Below are positions 1-9,822 of a DNA stretch of 64,000 bases, piece by piece. Position 1 is the stretch's first letter; each line of letters opens with the position of its first letter. Under the pieces are notes generated by a model that saw only the letters and a list, made by a program, of their open reading frames with translations, ran no database searches and had not been told where the DNA came from. This stretch comes from Candidatus Bathyarchaeota archaeon (GTDB lineage: Archaea; Thermoproteota; Bathyarchaeia; TCS64): contig CAVYVF010000002.1 of the NCBI GenBank assembly GCA_963771885.1, positions 320,001 through 384,000 of the forward strand. The letters are read 5' to 3'. The translations under genes and the position numbers were made by a program.

Positions 1-754
1 TGACCTCGTCGGCTGCGAGGATGATTGCTGCAGCGCCATCTGAGACGGGGCAGCAGTCGAAGAGCCTCAGCGGGGAGGCGATAATAGGATTCAGGTCCGA
101 CCTAAGGAACTCCATCTCGTCCTTGAACGTCCTCCCGCTCTTCTCGCCGAGTTTCTGGGCGAGAGCGAGGATCTCCATCTGGAACTGCGCCTTGGGGTTG
201 AGTGACCCGTTCCTATGGTTTTTCACCGTGACGGCGATGAGTTGCTCCCAGCTGGTGCCATACTTCCTGAAGTACGCTGAGGCGATGGCGGCGTAGATGG
301 CGGGGAACGTGAAGCCGACCGATGTCTCATAGGATGAGTCGGCGGCCAATGAGAGGGCGTCCGTGACCTGGTCCGTGGTAAGCCGGCTCATCTTTTCGAC
401 GCCGCCGACGATGACGACGTCCGTTAGGCCGGATGCGATTGCCATGGCTCCAAGGTTTAGGGCGGCGCCGCTGCTCGCGCAGGCGTCCTCGATCCTGTAG
501 GCGGGGACAGGGTTAATGCCGAGCCAGTCTGCCATGACCGCAGCGGTGTGCCCCTGCGCCTCGAAGACATCACTTGTGAAGTTGCCCACGAAGAGGGCGC
601 CGGCGTCTCTGAACCTGAAGCCGTTGTCAACTGAACCCGCGGCCTCGAGGGCTGCTTCTACGAAGAGTTCCCTTCCCGTCTTGTCGGCGTGGAGCTTGTT
701 GTGGAACCGGGTCATCCCTGCCCCGACGATGGATACTCCTCTGTTTAGCCCCAA
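1..754 (-). CDS. Thiolase-family protein (acetyl-CoA acetyltransferase), truncated by window edge
   Basis: Manual minus-strand translation from TTG at 754: LGLNRGVSIVGAGMTRFH...ELFVEAALEA...RIEDACASSGAA...VGGVEKM; absent from ORF track because it runs off the window. Confidence 0.9.
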   Translation of the reverse strand, partial: MGLNRGVSIVGAGMTRFHNKLHADKTGRELFVEAALEAAGSVDNGFRFRDAGALFVGNFTSDVFEAQGHTAAVMADWLGINPVPAYRIEDACASSGAALNLGAMAIASGLTDVVIVGGVEKMSRLTTDQVTDALSLAADSSYETSVGFTFPAIYAAIASAYFRKYGTSWEQLIAVTVKNHRNGSLNPKAQFQMEILALAQKLGEKSGRTFKDEMEFLRSDLNPIIASPLRLFDCCPVSDGAAAIILAADEV

Positions 755-942
755 GCTGCACGCCTGAATGAAACCCAGGCGGCGTGGGGGTTAAGAATTG
801 CGTCGAATAGCTGATCGACATAAGTCGAACACGCCCCCGATGTATGTACGGTAACTCGAAAATATATAGAATAATTGCAGCCCCTCTTTATTCCTAGAAA
901 ATGTTAAATGGATTGCTCGGAAAGAACAAACCGGGTACAACT

Positions 943-1173
943 ATGAGTGTTGCCTTCGTCTTAATCAATACCGACCTCGGCGAGGGGACGGATGTCAGCA
1001 AGGCGCTAAAGGAGATACCTGAGGTCAAGGAGGTGTATGGCGTCTATGGGGTCTACGACTTCGTCGTACGCCTCGAGGCCTCCTCGATGCAGGAAATAAA
1101 GGACGTAATAACGAGCAAAATAAGGCGCCTCAACCACGTTAGGTCCACGCTAACGATGGTCGTCCTAGAGTAG
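943..1173 (+). CDS. Stand-alone Lrp/AsnC ligand-binding (RAM) domain protein
   Basis: AFVLINTDLG...EVKEVYGVYGVYDFVV...IRRLNHVRSTLTMVV pattern, no HTH. Confidence 0.88.
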   Translation: MSVAFVLINTDLGEGTDVSKALKEIPEVKEVYGVYGVYDFVVRLEASSMQEIKDVITSKIRRLNHVRSTLTMVVLE

Positions 1174-1175
1174 GT

Positions 1176-2114
1176 TCAACTTTTCTGGATTGATCTGTTT
1201 CTCACTATCTGCTCTATTCCCTCCCCCAGCTTCCACTTTGGCTGAAAACCGAGGACAGTCCTGATCTTCTCCGTGTCGTAGCTGAACTCATGCGTCTCCC
1301 CCTCCCTCGGTGGGAGATGAGTGATCGTGGAGCGTTTTCCGGTTGTTTTCTCGACGGCGCTCGATACCTCTTTCGCAATATCATTGACCGTCGTGGTCTC
1401 ATTACCTATGTTGAAGATCTTTCCGCCTATTTTCTTCGTCTTTAGACTCAGGGTTATGGCGGTAGTTATGTCTTGGACGTGTACGAAGTCGCGGGTAGCC
1501 GTACCGTCGCCGTAGACCGTGAGTGACTTGCCGTCGAGCGCTAGGGCAATGAACTTGGGTATGACTCCGACCCAGTTTGTGTAGAGTCCGACTCCGTAGA
1601 CGTTGCCGAACCTGAGGCTGACGGTCTCGAGTCCATGGTTAAGGTGGGCGGCGTCGAGGAGTTTTTCGCCGGCGAGCTTCGTGACACCGTAAATGTTGAG
1701 GGGATGAGTCATGTGCCTCTCAGTGACGGGAGTTGAGGCGGGGGTGCCGTAGACGGCGGCACTGCTGCAGAAGACGAGCCTGCGCACGTGGTTCCGCCTC
1801 GCTGCCTCGACTACCTGATGGGTACCATAGACGTTGACGGAGATAGCCTCCTCTGGGTGTTCGTTGCAGGCGTCGAGGTCGGATAAGGCTGCCATGTGCA
1901 CGACGGCGTCGGCTCCTCTGAATGTGACATCTAGGTCAGTGGAGTCCCTGATGTCTCCCTCAAGCAGCTTCGCCCCGGTCAGGTGTCTCCTGATTCTCTC
2001 ATAGTCGCCGGTGGTCTGGTTGTCGATGGATGTGACCTCGTGGTCCTTGGCGAGTAGATCCCTAATGAGCGTGGAGCCTATGTATCCGGCCCCGCCCGTC
2101 ACGGCGACGCGCAT
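1176..2114 (-). CDS. NAD-dependent sugar epimerase/dehydratase (UDP-glucose 4-epimerase-like)
   Basis: TGGAGYIG, SSAAVYG, YGVTK, RFGNVYG, GDGTATRDFVHV. Confidence 0.9.
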   Translation of the reverse strand: MRVAVTGGAGYIGSTLIRDLLAKDHEVTSIDNQTTGDYERIRRHLTGAKLLEGDIRDSTDLDVTFRGADAVVHMAALSDLDACNEHPEEAISVNVYGTHQVVEAARRNHVRRLVFCSSAAVYGTPASTPVTERHMTHPLNIYGVTKLAGEKLLDAAHLNHGLETVSLRFGNVYGVGLYTNWVGVIPKFIALALDGKSLTVYGDGTATRDFVHVQDITTAITLSLKTKKIGGKIFNIGNETTTVNDIAKEVSSAVEKTTGKRSTITHLPPREGETHEFSYDTEKIRTVLGFQPKWKLGEGIEQIVRNRSIQKS

Positions 2115-2197
2115 CGTGGTTCAGAGGGGTATTGTGGTCATCCGGTTAAATGAGTACCTGTTTTGATCTATACTTATATCCCTCCGGCTTTTCACGC

Positions 2198-2785
2198 ATG
2201 TTAGTGGTAGCCTTGACGGTCTATTGCCCCAAGTGTGGTAAGGAGCTCCCGGACGACGCCGCGTTCTGCGACAGGTGCGGCCAGAAGATGGGCGAGCCTG
2301 TGGCTCCCTCAGATGGGTGGGAGAGTCGATGGGAGAGGCGAATGGATAGGCGTTTCGAGAGGTTTAACCGCCACGACTACCTGGACGGCGTCGGCTTCGG
2401 CGTCTTCCTGATCGGGGTGGCGTGGGTCTACCTCCAGTACCCGTGGGTATGGGGCGAGTTGACTGCGTGGTTCCGCAGCTGGGTGAACGGTCCGAACATG
2501 CTGCCGCTTATCCTAGCCGAGCCCATCGCCCTATTCTTCACTATCATGGGCGGATGGGGTATCGTCGAGGGAGCGATCAGAATGGTGTCCGGGCGCTTCA
2601 CAAAAGGCCTGGGCAACATCGTGGGCGGCGCCGGAGGCCTTGCCATCGCCTACATGATAAGGCTCTATGGCCAAGGCGCGATACGGAGTGGCGACCTGCT
2701 CCCATACTTCATCATGATAATGGGCGCGACGATCATCCTGAGCGCCGTCATCGGCGTCTTCGCCTGGCAGCCTCGAAGGGATTAA
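2198..2785 (+). CDS. Zinc-ribbon membrane protein
   Basis: N-terminal CPKCG-x8-FCDRCG followed by about 4 hydrophobic segments; start approximate. Confidence 0.75.
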   Translation: MLVVALTVYCPKCGKELPDDAAFCDRCGQKMGEPVAPSDGWESRWERRMDRRFERFNRHDYLDGVGFGVFLIGVAWVYLQYPWVWGELTAWFRSWVNGPNMLPLILAEPIALFFTIMGGWGIVEGAIRMVSGRFTKGLGNIVGGAGGLAIAYMIRLYGQGAIRSGDLLPYFIMIMGATIILSAVIGVFAWQPRRD

Positions 2786-2810
2786 AAACGCTACGGAGCA
2801 CGCAATAGGC

Positions 2811-3719
2811 GTGCTCACCCAACAGATTCTCGGACCCGTCTACATGATCGACTCGCCTTACCACGGCTCTCAGGGTGTCCTCGGTACTTACGTCATCAAA
2901 GGCGGGGAACCGATGCTCATAGACCCAGGGCCAACGACACAGGTGCCCGGCGCCGTCGAGGGACTGCGTGAGCTTGGGATCAAGCAGCTGCGCTACGTGG
3001 GGTTGACGCACATCCACCTAGACCACGGCGGCGGAGCGTGGAAGCTTATTGAGATGCACCCCGAGGCGGACGTTTACGCCCACCCCAAGGCGGTGGAGCA
3101 CCTCGTCGACCCGAGTCGCCTTGCCGAGTCGGCGAAGCAGTTCTTCGGCCCCGCCTTCGACAAGTACGGCGAGGTCAAGGGTGTCAACCCGATGAAGATT
3201 CAGGAGTCGAAGGATGACGAGGAGCTTGACCTGCAGGGGGCGACCCTGAAGGTTATTTGGACGCCGGGGCACGCGAGCCACGGGCAGAGCTACTGGGAAC
3301 CCGACTACCGGATAATCATCCTCGGCGACTCGGGAGGCAGCTTCAGCAAGAGGACCGGGAACAACTTCCCCATCACGCCACCACCATTCAACACGGATAA
3401 GGCGCTTGAGACGCTGGACAAGCTGATCGCCCTCCGCCCCGAGATAGTCTGCTACAGCCACTTCGGCTACGCTTACGACGCCGAGAAGAAGCTGAGGTTC
3501 TACAGGGAGGAGCTTCAGACGTGGAACGAGGTCATCGAGAAAGGGGTCAAGGAGGGACTGGACCGCAACGGCATCTGGGAGTCTCTCAAGGAGCAGGACC
3601 CCATCCTACGCCTCAGCCTCGACGAGGACGACAGCAGGCGCAGAACCGCCATGCCAAACATCATCGGCCTCATGGAGTACACGAAGTGGAAGCTCAAGGA
3701 AGAGGCAAAGTCTAAATGA
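2811..3719 (+). CDS. Metallo-beta-lactamase fold hydrolase
   Basis: THIHLDHGGG, TPGHASH, GD, HFG motifs. Confidence 0.9.
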   Translation: MLTQQILGPVYMIDSPYHGSQGVLGTYVIKGGEPMLIDPGPTTQVPGAVEGLRELGIKQLRYVGLTHIHLDHGGGAWKLIEMHPEADVYAHPKAVEHLVDPSRLAESAKQFFGPAFDKYGEVKGVNPMKIQESKDDEELDLQGATLKVIWTPGHASHGQSYWEPDYRIIILGDSGGSFSKRTGNNFPITPPPFNTDKALETLDKLIALRPEIVCYSHFGYAYDAEKKLRFYREELQTWNEVIEKGVKEGLDRNGIWESLKEQDPILRLSLDEDDSRRRTAMPNIIGLMEYTKWKLKEEAKSK

Positions 3720-3941
3720 GTACCTCATCTGAACGATACATATCTCCCGGTGTTAGTCATAACTGGGGTATGGAGAAGCCCGATCTCTTCGTCGCCATGA
3801 TAAATTCATGGGTTGAAGATACACACCTTCCGACAGAGTTACAGAAACTGCAGTAAACAGTGTACTAGACCATAACTTCCTCTGCATCTCCGTTGAGCAC
3901 AGGTCTCTTAAGCCCCGGGGCAGATTATCCCTCGATTCGCG

Positions 3942-5445
3942 ATGTCCGTGCCGATCATCAGCCACTGGATAAACGGTAAACCGGTCGAGGTGCCCCGGGA
4001 GAAGACGGGACCCGTATACAACCCGGCGACGGGCGAGGAGATCGCCCGCGTGCCCCACGGAGGGGCGAAGGAGATAGAGGTCGCGGTGGAAGCGGCGAAC
4101 AAGGCGTTTCCCGCGTGGCGTGACACGCCTTCGATAGCCCGCAGCTCGATATTTTTCGCGTTCCGCGAGCTTTGTTGGAAGCACAGGGAGGAGATGGCGA
4201 AGCTCATCACCCGCGACCATGGCAAGACCTACCCTGACGCGCTGGGCGAGGTGGTGCGCGGACTTGAAACTGTGGAGTTCGCCTGTGGGTTACCCGTTCA
4301 CATGGCGGGTATGAACACTCCGAATGTGTCCACCTCTGTTGACGTCCGCACGCTGCGCCAGCCGCTCGGCGTCACTGCAGGTATTACGCCGTTCAACTTC
4401 CCAGTGATGGTCCCGATGTGGATCTACCCCATCGCCCTTATGACTGGCAACTGCTTCATCTGGAAGCCCAGCAGCCACACGCCGGGGGCGACGCAGCTCC
4501 AGGCGGAGCTATGGAAGCAGGCGGGGCTTCCCGACGGCGTCTTCAACATAGTCTACGGGGGCCGGGATGCGGTCAACGCGATACTCGACAGCCCCGGTGA
4601 TAGAGGCGGTGCAGTTCGTCGGCTCGACAGCCGTGGGTAAGATGGTGCACGAGAGGGGCACCAAGGCGGGTAAGCGCGTTGGTTGCTACATGGGTGCCAA
4701 GAACGCCATGATAGTGCTGCCCGATGCTGACATGGATCTCGCCGCGGACTCCGCCGTGGCTGCCGGCTACGGATCGGCGGGCGAACGCTGCATGGCCCAG
4801 TCGCTCGTCATCGCCGTCGGCGACACTGGCGACAGGCTCCTCCCGCTGATGAAGGAGAGGATTGAGAAGCTCAAGGTCGGCCCCGGCATTGAGCAGGGCA
4901 TGGACATGGGTCCGATCTACTCCGCTGAGCACAGGGAGTCGATCATAAAGTGGATAGACAAGGGCGAGGCGGAGGGGGCGAAGATCGTCGCAGACGGGCG
5001 CAAGTTCAGGCACCCGACTAACCCCGAGGGCTTCTTCCTCGGCTGCACCCTGTTCGACTGCGTCACGCCGGAGATGACGGTCTTCCACGAGGAGATATTC
5101 GGCCCCGTCCTCGGGATGGTGAGGGTGAAGACCTTCGACGAGGCGCTCACGCTCATCAACGGGCATCAGTACGGTAACGGCACCGCTATCTTCACGATGG
5201 ACGGTGGGGCCGCGAGGCGCTTCGAGATGGAGGTCGACGTCCCCATGATAGGCATCAATGTCCCCATCCCCGTCCCAGCGGGCTACCTCAGCTTCGGCGG
5301 CACTCGAGGCTCATCCTTCGCCGACCTCCAGATGCGCGGCGAGGACTCCATACGCTTCTTCACGAAGCAGAAGGAGGTCACCGTCCGCTGGCCCAAGCCG
5401 GGAAGGCAGGGACCGCTCAGCCTCGTTTTCCCCGGTAACAAGTAA
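3942..5445 (+). CDS. mmsA: CoA-acylating (methyl)malonate-semialdehyde dehydrogenase; +1 indel near 4593
   Basis: ITPFNFPVMVPMW, FVGSTAVG, GAKNAM, AGERCMA, EEIFGPV, GINVPIPVP; two ORFs join if one C of the 4592-4595 run is removed. Confidence 0.9.
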
Positions 5446-5493
5446 ACCACCTTTCTCATCCAAAGTATGATATTGCCTACTGGGTAGTGAGTC

Positions 5494-6284
5494 CTGTATG
5501 TTGATACCTATGACTACAAGGGGAAGGTGGCCTAGTGACTGGCTCGAGCCGCGGCATAGGCTTCGGGACGGCGAAGATGTTCCTCGAAGCCGGCGCTAAG
5601 GTGATGATAAACGGCTCAAACGAGGAGCGACTGCAGACCGCACTGAAGAGCCTTGGCAAGTACAAGGGTAATGTGATAGCCCACAAAGCTGACCTGAAGA
5701 GCAGGGCCGAGATAGAGGCGATGTTCAAGCACCTCTTCGACACATGGGGCGGCATAGACATACTCGTAAACAACGCTGCCGATCGCCCCGTGATGAAGGT
5801 GGTCGATATGACCGACGACATCTGGGACAGGAACCTCGACACGAAGCTGCGTGGCGCCTACATCTGCTCCCAGATAGCTGCGCGCCAGATGATCAAGCAG
5901 GATAGAGGTGGCAAGATGGTTTTCGTCGCCTCGGGTAGCTGGAAGGTTGCCCGCGAGGCGGCGGGCGCCTACTGCGCCTCAAACGCGGGGATGGTGATGT
6001 TCGCCAACTGCCTCGCCCTCGAACTCGGCAAGCACAAGGTAAACGTCAACTGCGTCGCCCCCGGCCTCATCGAGGTCGGCGAGGAGCAGACACCCAGCAA
6101 GCTAGCCTACGACAGGTCGATGGTGAACATGACGCCATGGGGGAGGATAGGCGTACCCGACGACATCGCCAACGCGATACTGATGCTCTGCAGCCCCCAG
6201 GCCGACTTCATAACGGGCACGGTGCTGAGCGTCGACGGCGGAATAAGCACTGGCAGATACGGAATACCCGTAAGCCCATACTAA
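5494..6284 (+). CDS. Classical SDR oxidoreductase (FabG-like); probable indel near 5531
   Basis: YDYKGKVA|LVTGSSRGIG, DILVNNA, VNCVAPG, PWGRIG, VDGG; catalytic motif reads YCASN instead of YxxxK; start uncertain. Confidence 0.82.
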
Positions 6285-6312
6285 TTATGAAAAACGCTCC
6301 TAGAAAACAGGA

Positions 6313-7911
6313 CTACTTTCTCTCGTAGACTACTTTTCCGCCAACTATAGTGGCGTCGATGGGTGTGTCCTTGATCTCCTGCGGGGGTACCGTGAGTATG
6401 TCCCTGCCGAGGATGACGAAGTCGGCGAGCTTGCCCTCCTCGATGCTGCCGAGGCGGTCCTCATCGAAACTGTGGTAGGCAGAGTTGATCGTATAGAGCC
6501 TGAGCGCCTCCATAACGGTGACCCGCTGGCTCTGCCCTATGGGCTTTCCTGCCTTCGTCGTCCTGTTGACCATCGCGTGTATCGCCATGAGCGGCGGGTA
6601 GGGGGCGCAGGGGTGGTCGCTGTGCGCCGCCACCTTTATCCCCTCGTCGAGGAAGGTGCGTGCCGCGAACATCCTCTCAAGCCTCTCTGGACCGAATGGC
6701 ACGAGCAGCTTGTCGCCGTGGTAGTATGGGTACGGCCCGAAGATGGTCGGCAGTATCTTGAGCTTCTTGATCTTGGCGACGAGAGCCGGCGTGATGACGG
6801 TGCAGTGAATGTCCCTGTTACGAGGGTCCTCGCGCGGGTACTTCTTCTGGAGCTTCTCCATTATGTCGAGGTACATTGCTATGGCCTTGTCGCCGTTCGC
6901 GTGGCAGCTCAACCTGTAGCCCGCCGCGTACGCCTTCCCCAGTACGTCCTCCGCGATCTCCCGCGTCGTCGACATGACGCCGTAGAAGCCTGGTTTGTCA
7001 CAGTACGCCTCCGTCACCGCGGCGGTCCTCGCCGAGATTGCGCCGTCGAAGAAGAACTTCAACCCGCAGAGGCGGAGCATGTCATCGCCGAACATCTGGT
7101 GTACACCCGAGGCGTTGAGCACTGGGAACAGGTCGATTGTGGCGTCCATCCTCATCCTGATGGGAAGCTCACCCCGAGTGTTGAGGTCGATGAGCGCCCT
7201 GATCTGGCTCTTGTCGACGAGGTCGTAGACGCAGGTGAGGCCCATGCTGGCGCAGTCGGCGAGGATAGTCTTAGCGCCCTCGATGCTCTGCTCGTGGGTG
7301 GGCAGCTGAGCCTCGGCAGGTATGAGGATATCAAGCGCCTTCTCGTGCGCGCCTCCCGTTATCTCGCCCTTGGCGTCCCTGTCGTACTTGCCTCCGACGG
7401 GGTCGGCCGTCTCCTTCGTGACTCCCGCCATCTCGTACGCCCTGCTGTTAAGCACGGAGAAGTGGCCGCCGACGGTGGACATGCTTATCGGGTGATCCTT
7501 GCTAGCAACGTCGAGTTCCCAACGCGTCGGGTGCCTCTTCTCGGCGAGCTTGGAGTCGTCCTCCTGGTAGCCGAATATCCACTGTCCCTTCGGCGTCTTC
7601 TTGGCACGGGCCGCGAGGCGCTCCTGTATGTCCTTTATCGACTTGACCCCCGCCTCCTGGCTGAGGTCGACGAAGCGGAGCCTCCCCGTGCCCTCATCCG
7701 CCATGTGGCTGTGGCTATCCATCAGTCCCGGGATGACGGTGCGCCCCTTGAGCTCGATGACCTTCGTCTTCTTGCCGATGAGTGCTTTGACGTCGGCGTC
7801 ACTGCCGACGGCGATTATCCTGCCATACTTTACGGCGACGGCCTCAGCCGTCGTCTCGCCCTCGTCCATCTTAACAATCTTTCCGCCGCGCAGAACCAGG
7901 TCAGCGTACAT
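6313..7911 (-). CDS. Amidohydrolase family 3 (YtcJ-like)
   Basis: PGLMDSHSH, KFFFDGAISARTA, HANGD, HSDHP, GSIEEGKLADFV. Confidence 0.9.
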   Translation of the reverse strand: MYADLVLRGGKIVKMDEGETTAEAVAVKYGRIIAVGSDADVKALIGKKTKVIELKGRTVIPGLMDSHSHMADEGTGRLRFVDLSQEAGVKSIKDIQERLAARAKKTPKGQWIFGYQEDDSKLAEKRHPTRWELDVASKDHPISMSTVGGHFSVLNSRAYEMAGVTKETADPVGGKYDRDAKGEITGGAHEKALDILIPAEAQLPTHEQSIEGAKTILADCASMGLTCVYDLVDKSQIRALIDLNTRGELPIRMRMDATIDLFPVLNASGVHQMFGDDMLRLCGLKFFFDGAISARTAAVTEAYCDKPGFYGVMSTTREIAEDVLGKAYAAGYRLSCHANGDKAIAMYLDIMEKLQKKYPREDPRNRDIHCTVITPALVAKIKKLKILPTIFGPYPYYHGDKLLVPFGPERLERMFAARTFLDEGIKVAAHSDHPCAPYPPLMAIHAMVNRTTKAGKPIGQSQRVTVMEALRLYTINSAYHSFDEDRLGSIEEGKLADFVILGRDILTVPPQEIKDTPIDATIVGGKVVYERK

Positions 7912-8018
7912 CTCGGAATCAGGGAGGACTCACGCTGAGGATGTATAAATCACCTCGGGGGCGATGGGGATAAATCGGCGGCGTAATCCCTAGAGGGACT
8001 AATCGAGGGGCACACGCG

Positions 8019-9188
8019 TTGGACGAGACGTTGAAGAAGCTGTCGCCTGTCTACGCGGTGCTCTTCCTGCGCAACATGGCGTGGAGCCTCACCATAAACG
8101 GCCCCGTGATGCCGCTCTACGCCCGCGCCCTCGGACTCGATGTCGCGAACTGGGGTCTGCTCGCCATGGCCCTCTCCGCAGGGCTCTTCATGGAGTTCGT
8201 CTGGGGCGTAGTCGCCGACAGGGTCCATAAGGGCTACTTCATACTCCTCGCACTAATTCTCACGAGCCTCATCTACCCACTCTACACTATCAAGGCGTTC
8301 CTGCCCCTCTTCATAGTATTCCAGTTCGTCTTCGGAGCCATACAGGTGATTGTGGGGCTGACGACTCGCGCCGTCATCGCCGAGGCTTCCCCCGGCAAGT
8401 CAGCAGGGTTCAACATGAGTCTCTGGTTCTTCTTCGCCACCCTCGGCAATATCGCCGGCCCAATCATGGGCACCTACATCGCAATGAGCCTCGGCTACGA
8501 ATACGCCTTCTACACGAGCATGGGCATAGTCTGGGCGGCTATAGCCTTCTTTCTGCTCACCTATCTTCGCAAATGGAGCAAGGACACACCTCAGGTGAAG
8601 TTACATCGCCCCCTCTTCGCTGGCTTCACCCAGTTACTCCGTATCCCAACCATCCAGAAGACGTGCACACTGACACTGCTCGGCTTCCTCGGCTGCAGCC
8701 TCGTCGCCTCCTTCCTCCCCATCTACGCGACAGAGCAGGTGGGGATGACCGCCATCGCAGTTGGCAGCCTAGCGACCGTGGCAGCCACGGCGCGTCTAGT
8801 CACTTCGCCGCTCATCGGCAGGATATCGGACAGGGTCGACAAGAGGAAGCTCCTCTTCGGCATACTTGCTATCGGCTGCCTGCTCTTCGCCATGTTCCCA
8901 TACGCCTATGACGCATGGCAGTTTACCCTCCTGGCCGTCGGAGTCTCCGCCACATTCAGCTTCGGAGTCCTCAGCATCTCAATACACAGCATGGCTACCC
9001 CCAAAGCGTACTCGGGGATGAGCCTCGGCCTCTACGGCACCTTCGAGGACCTAGGGCTGATGCTTGGCTCTCTAATCTTTGGCTTCTCATGGGGCATCTT
9101 CGGACCATCAAGCGTCTTCGTAATCACCGCAGCCGCCACGGGTCTCGCCGCGCTTCTCACCCTTACTCTCCCCGAAGGTAAGCAATAA
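8019..9188 (+). CDS. MFS transporter
   Basis: About 12 hydrophobic segments; motif A-like GVVADRVHK and GRISDRVDKR. Confidence 0.88.
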   Translation: MDETLKKLSPVYAVLFLRNMAWSLTINGPVMPLYARALGLDVANWGLLAMALSAGLFMEFVWGVVADRVHKGYFILLALILTSLIYPLYTIKAFLPLFIVFQFVFGAIQVIVGLTTRAVIAEASPGKSAGFNMSLWFFFATLGNIAGPIMGTYIAMSLGYEYAFYTSMGIVWAAIAFFLLTYLRKWSKDTPQVKLHRPLFAGFTQLLRIPTIQKTCTLTLLGFLGCSLVASFLPIYATEQVGMTAIAVGSLATVAATARLVTSPLIGRISDRVDKRKLLFGILAIGCLLFAMFPYAYDAWQFTLLAVGVSATFSFGVLSISIHSMATPKAYSGMSLGLYGTFEDLGLMLGSLIFGFSWGIFGPSSVFVITAAATGLAALLTLTLPEGKQ

Positions 9189-9213
9189 GTCACACAACGC
9201 AACAACCATAGCC

Positions 9214-9531
9214 ATGCACGAGGAACTCGCCGCCAAGATAGAGCAGTTCAAGGAGATCGGGATACAGTACACCTTCGACGGCTTCGTCGTCGCCGAGCTA
9301 CTCACACAACTCGACGCACTCGCCAAGGTCAACTACGTCGAGTTCAAGAACAACTGCCTTAGCATCTGGCTCGGAGACTTGACGGGCACACCCAAGACAG
9401 GTCATGACACTCCTCCCCGCCGCCAGCTTGCTCGGAGCGATGACGTCAGGCGCCGAGGAGACCCCGCGGGGCTACAAGCTCTACTTCGAGTGGATGCTCC
9501 CTAAGGATATCTATAACCTAAAAGTCGTCTA
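9214..9531 (+). CDS. Hypothetical protein (~105 aa), probable indel near 9398
   Basis: Codon-typical ORF continues in another frame as QVMTLLPAASLLGAM...YKLYFEWMLPKDIYNLKVV*. Confidence 0.55.
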
Positions 9532-9822
9532 GGCGCGCGCAGAGGCATAATTGCCCAGACAAACTGTTGGCTCGAACGCGATTGTTATTCGTCGGGGAAC
9601 ATTCCTTCTGAGCTTGAGTCACTCTTTAACCCTTTCAGCCTCGATCACGCGCGCAAATACATCTGATCGAACCCTGCCCCAAACGCCGCCATACCCTAAC
9701 ATTTTTAACCAAAAAGAAACCCAAACAACTCGGTGCCAACGGTGTCCGGTGACCGCCAAATCTAGCCGAAACACTCAAACACGACACGGCACCAAGATTC
9801 TAGACCCAACGAGGACCCAGGG

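Noticed and set aside
6472..7938. 488-aa ORF antisense to the amidohydrolase
   Set aside because: Shadow ORF of a GC3-rich gene with no recognisable motifs
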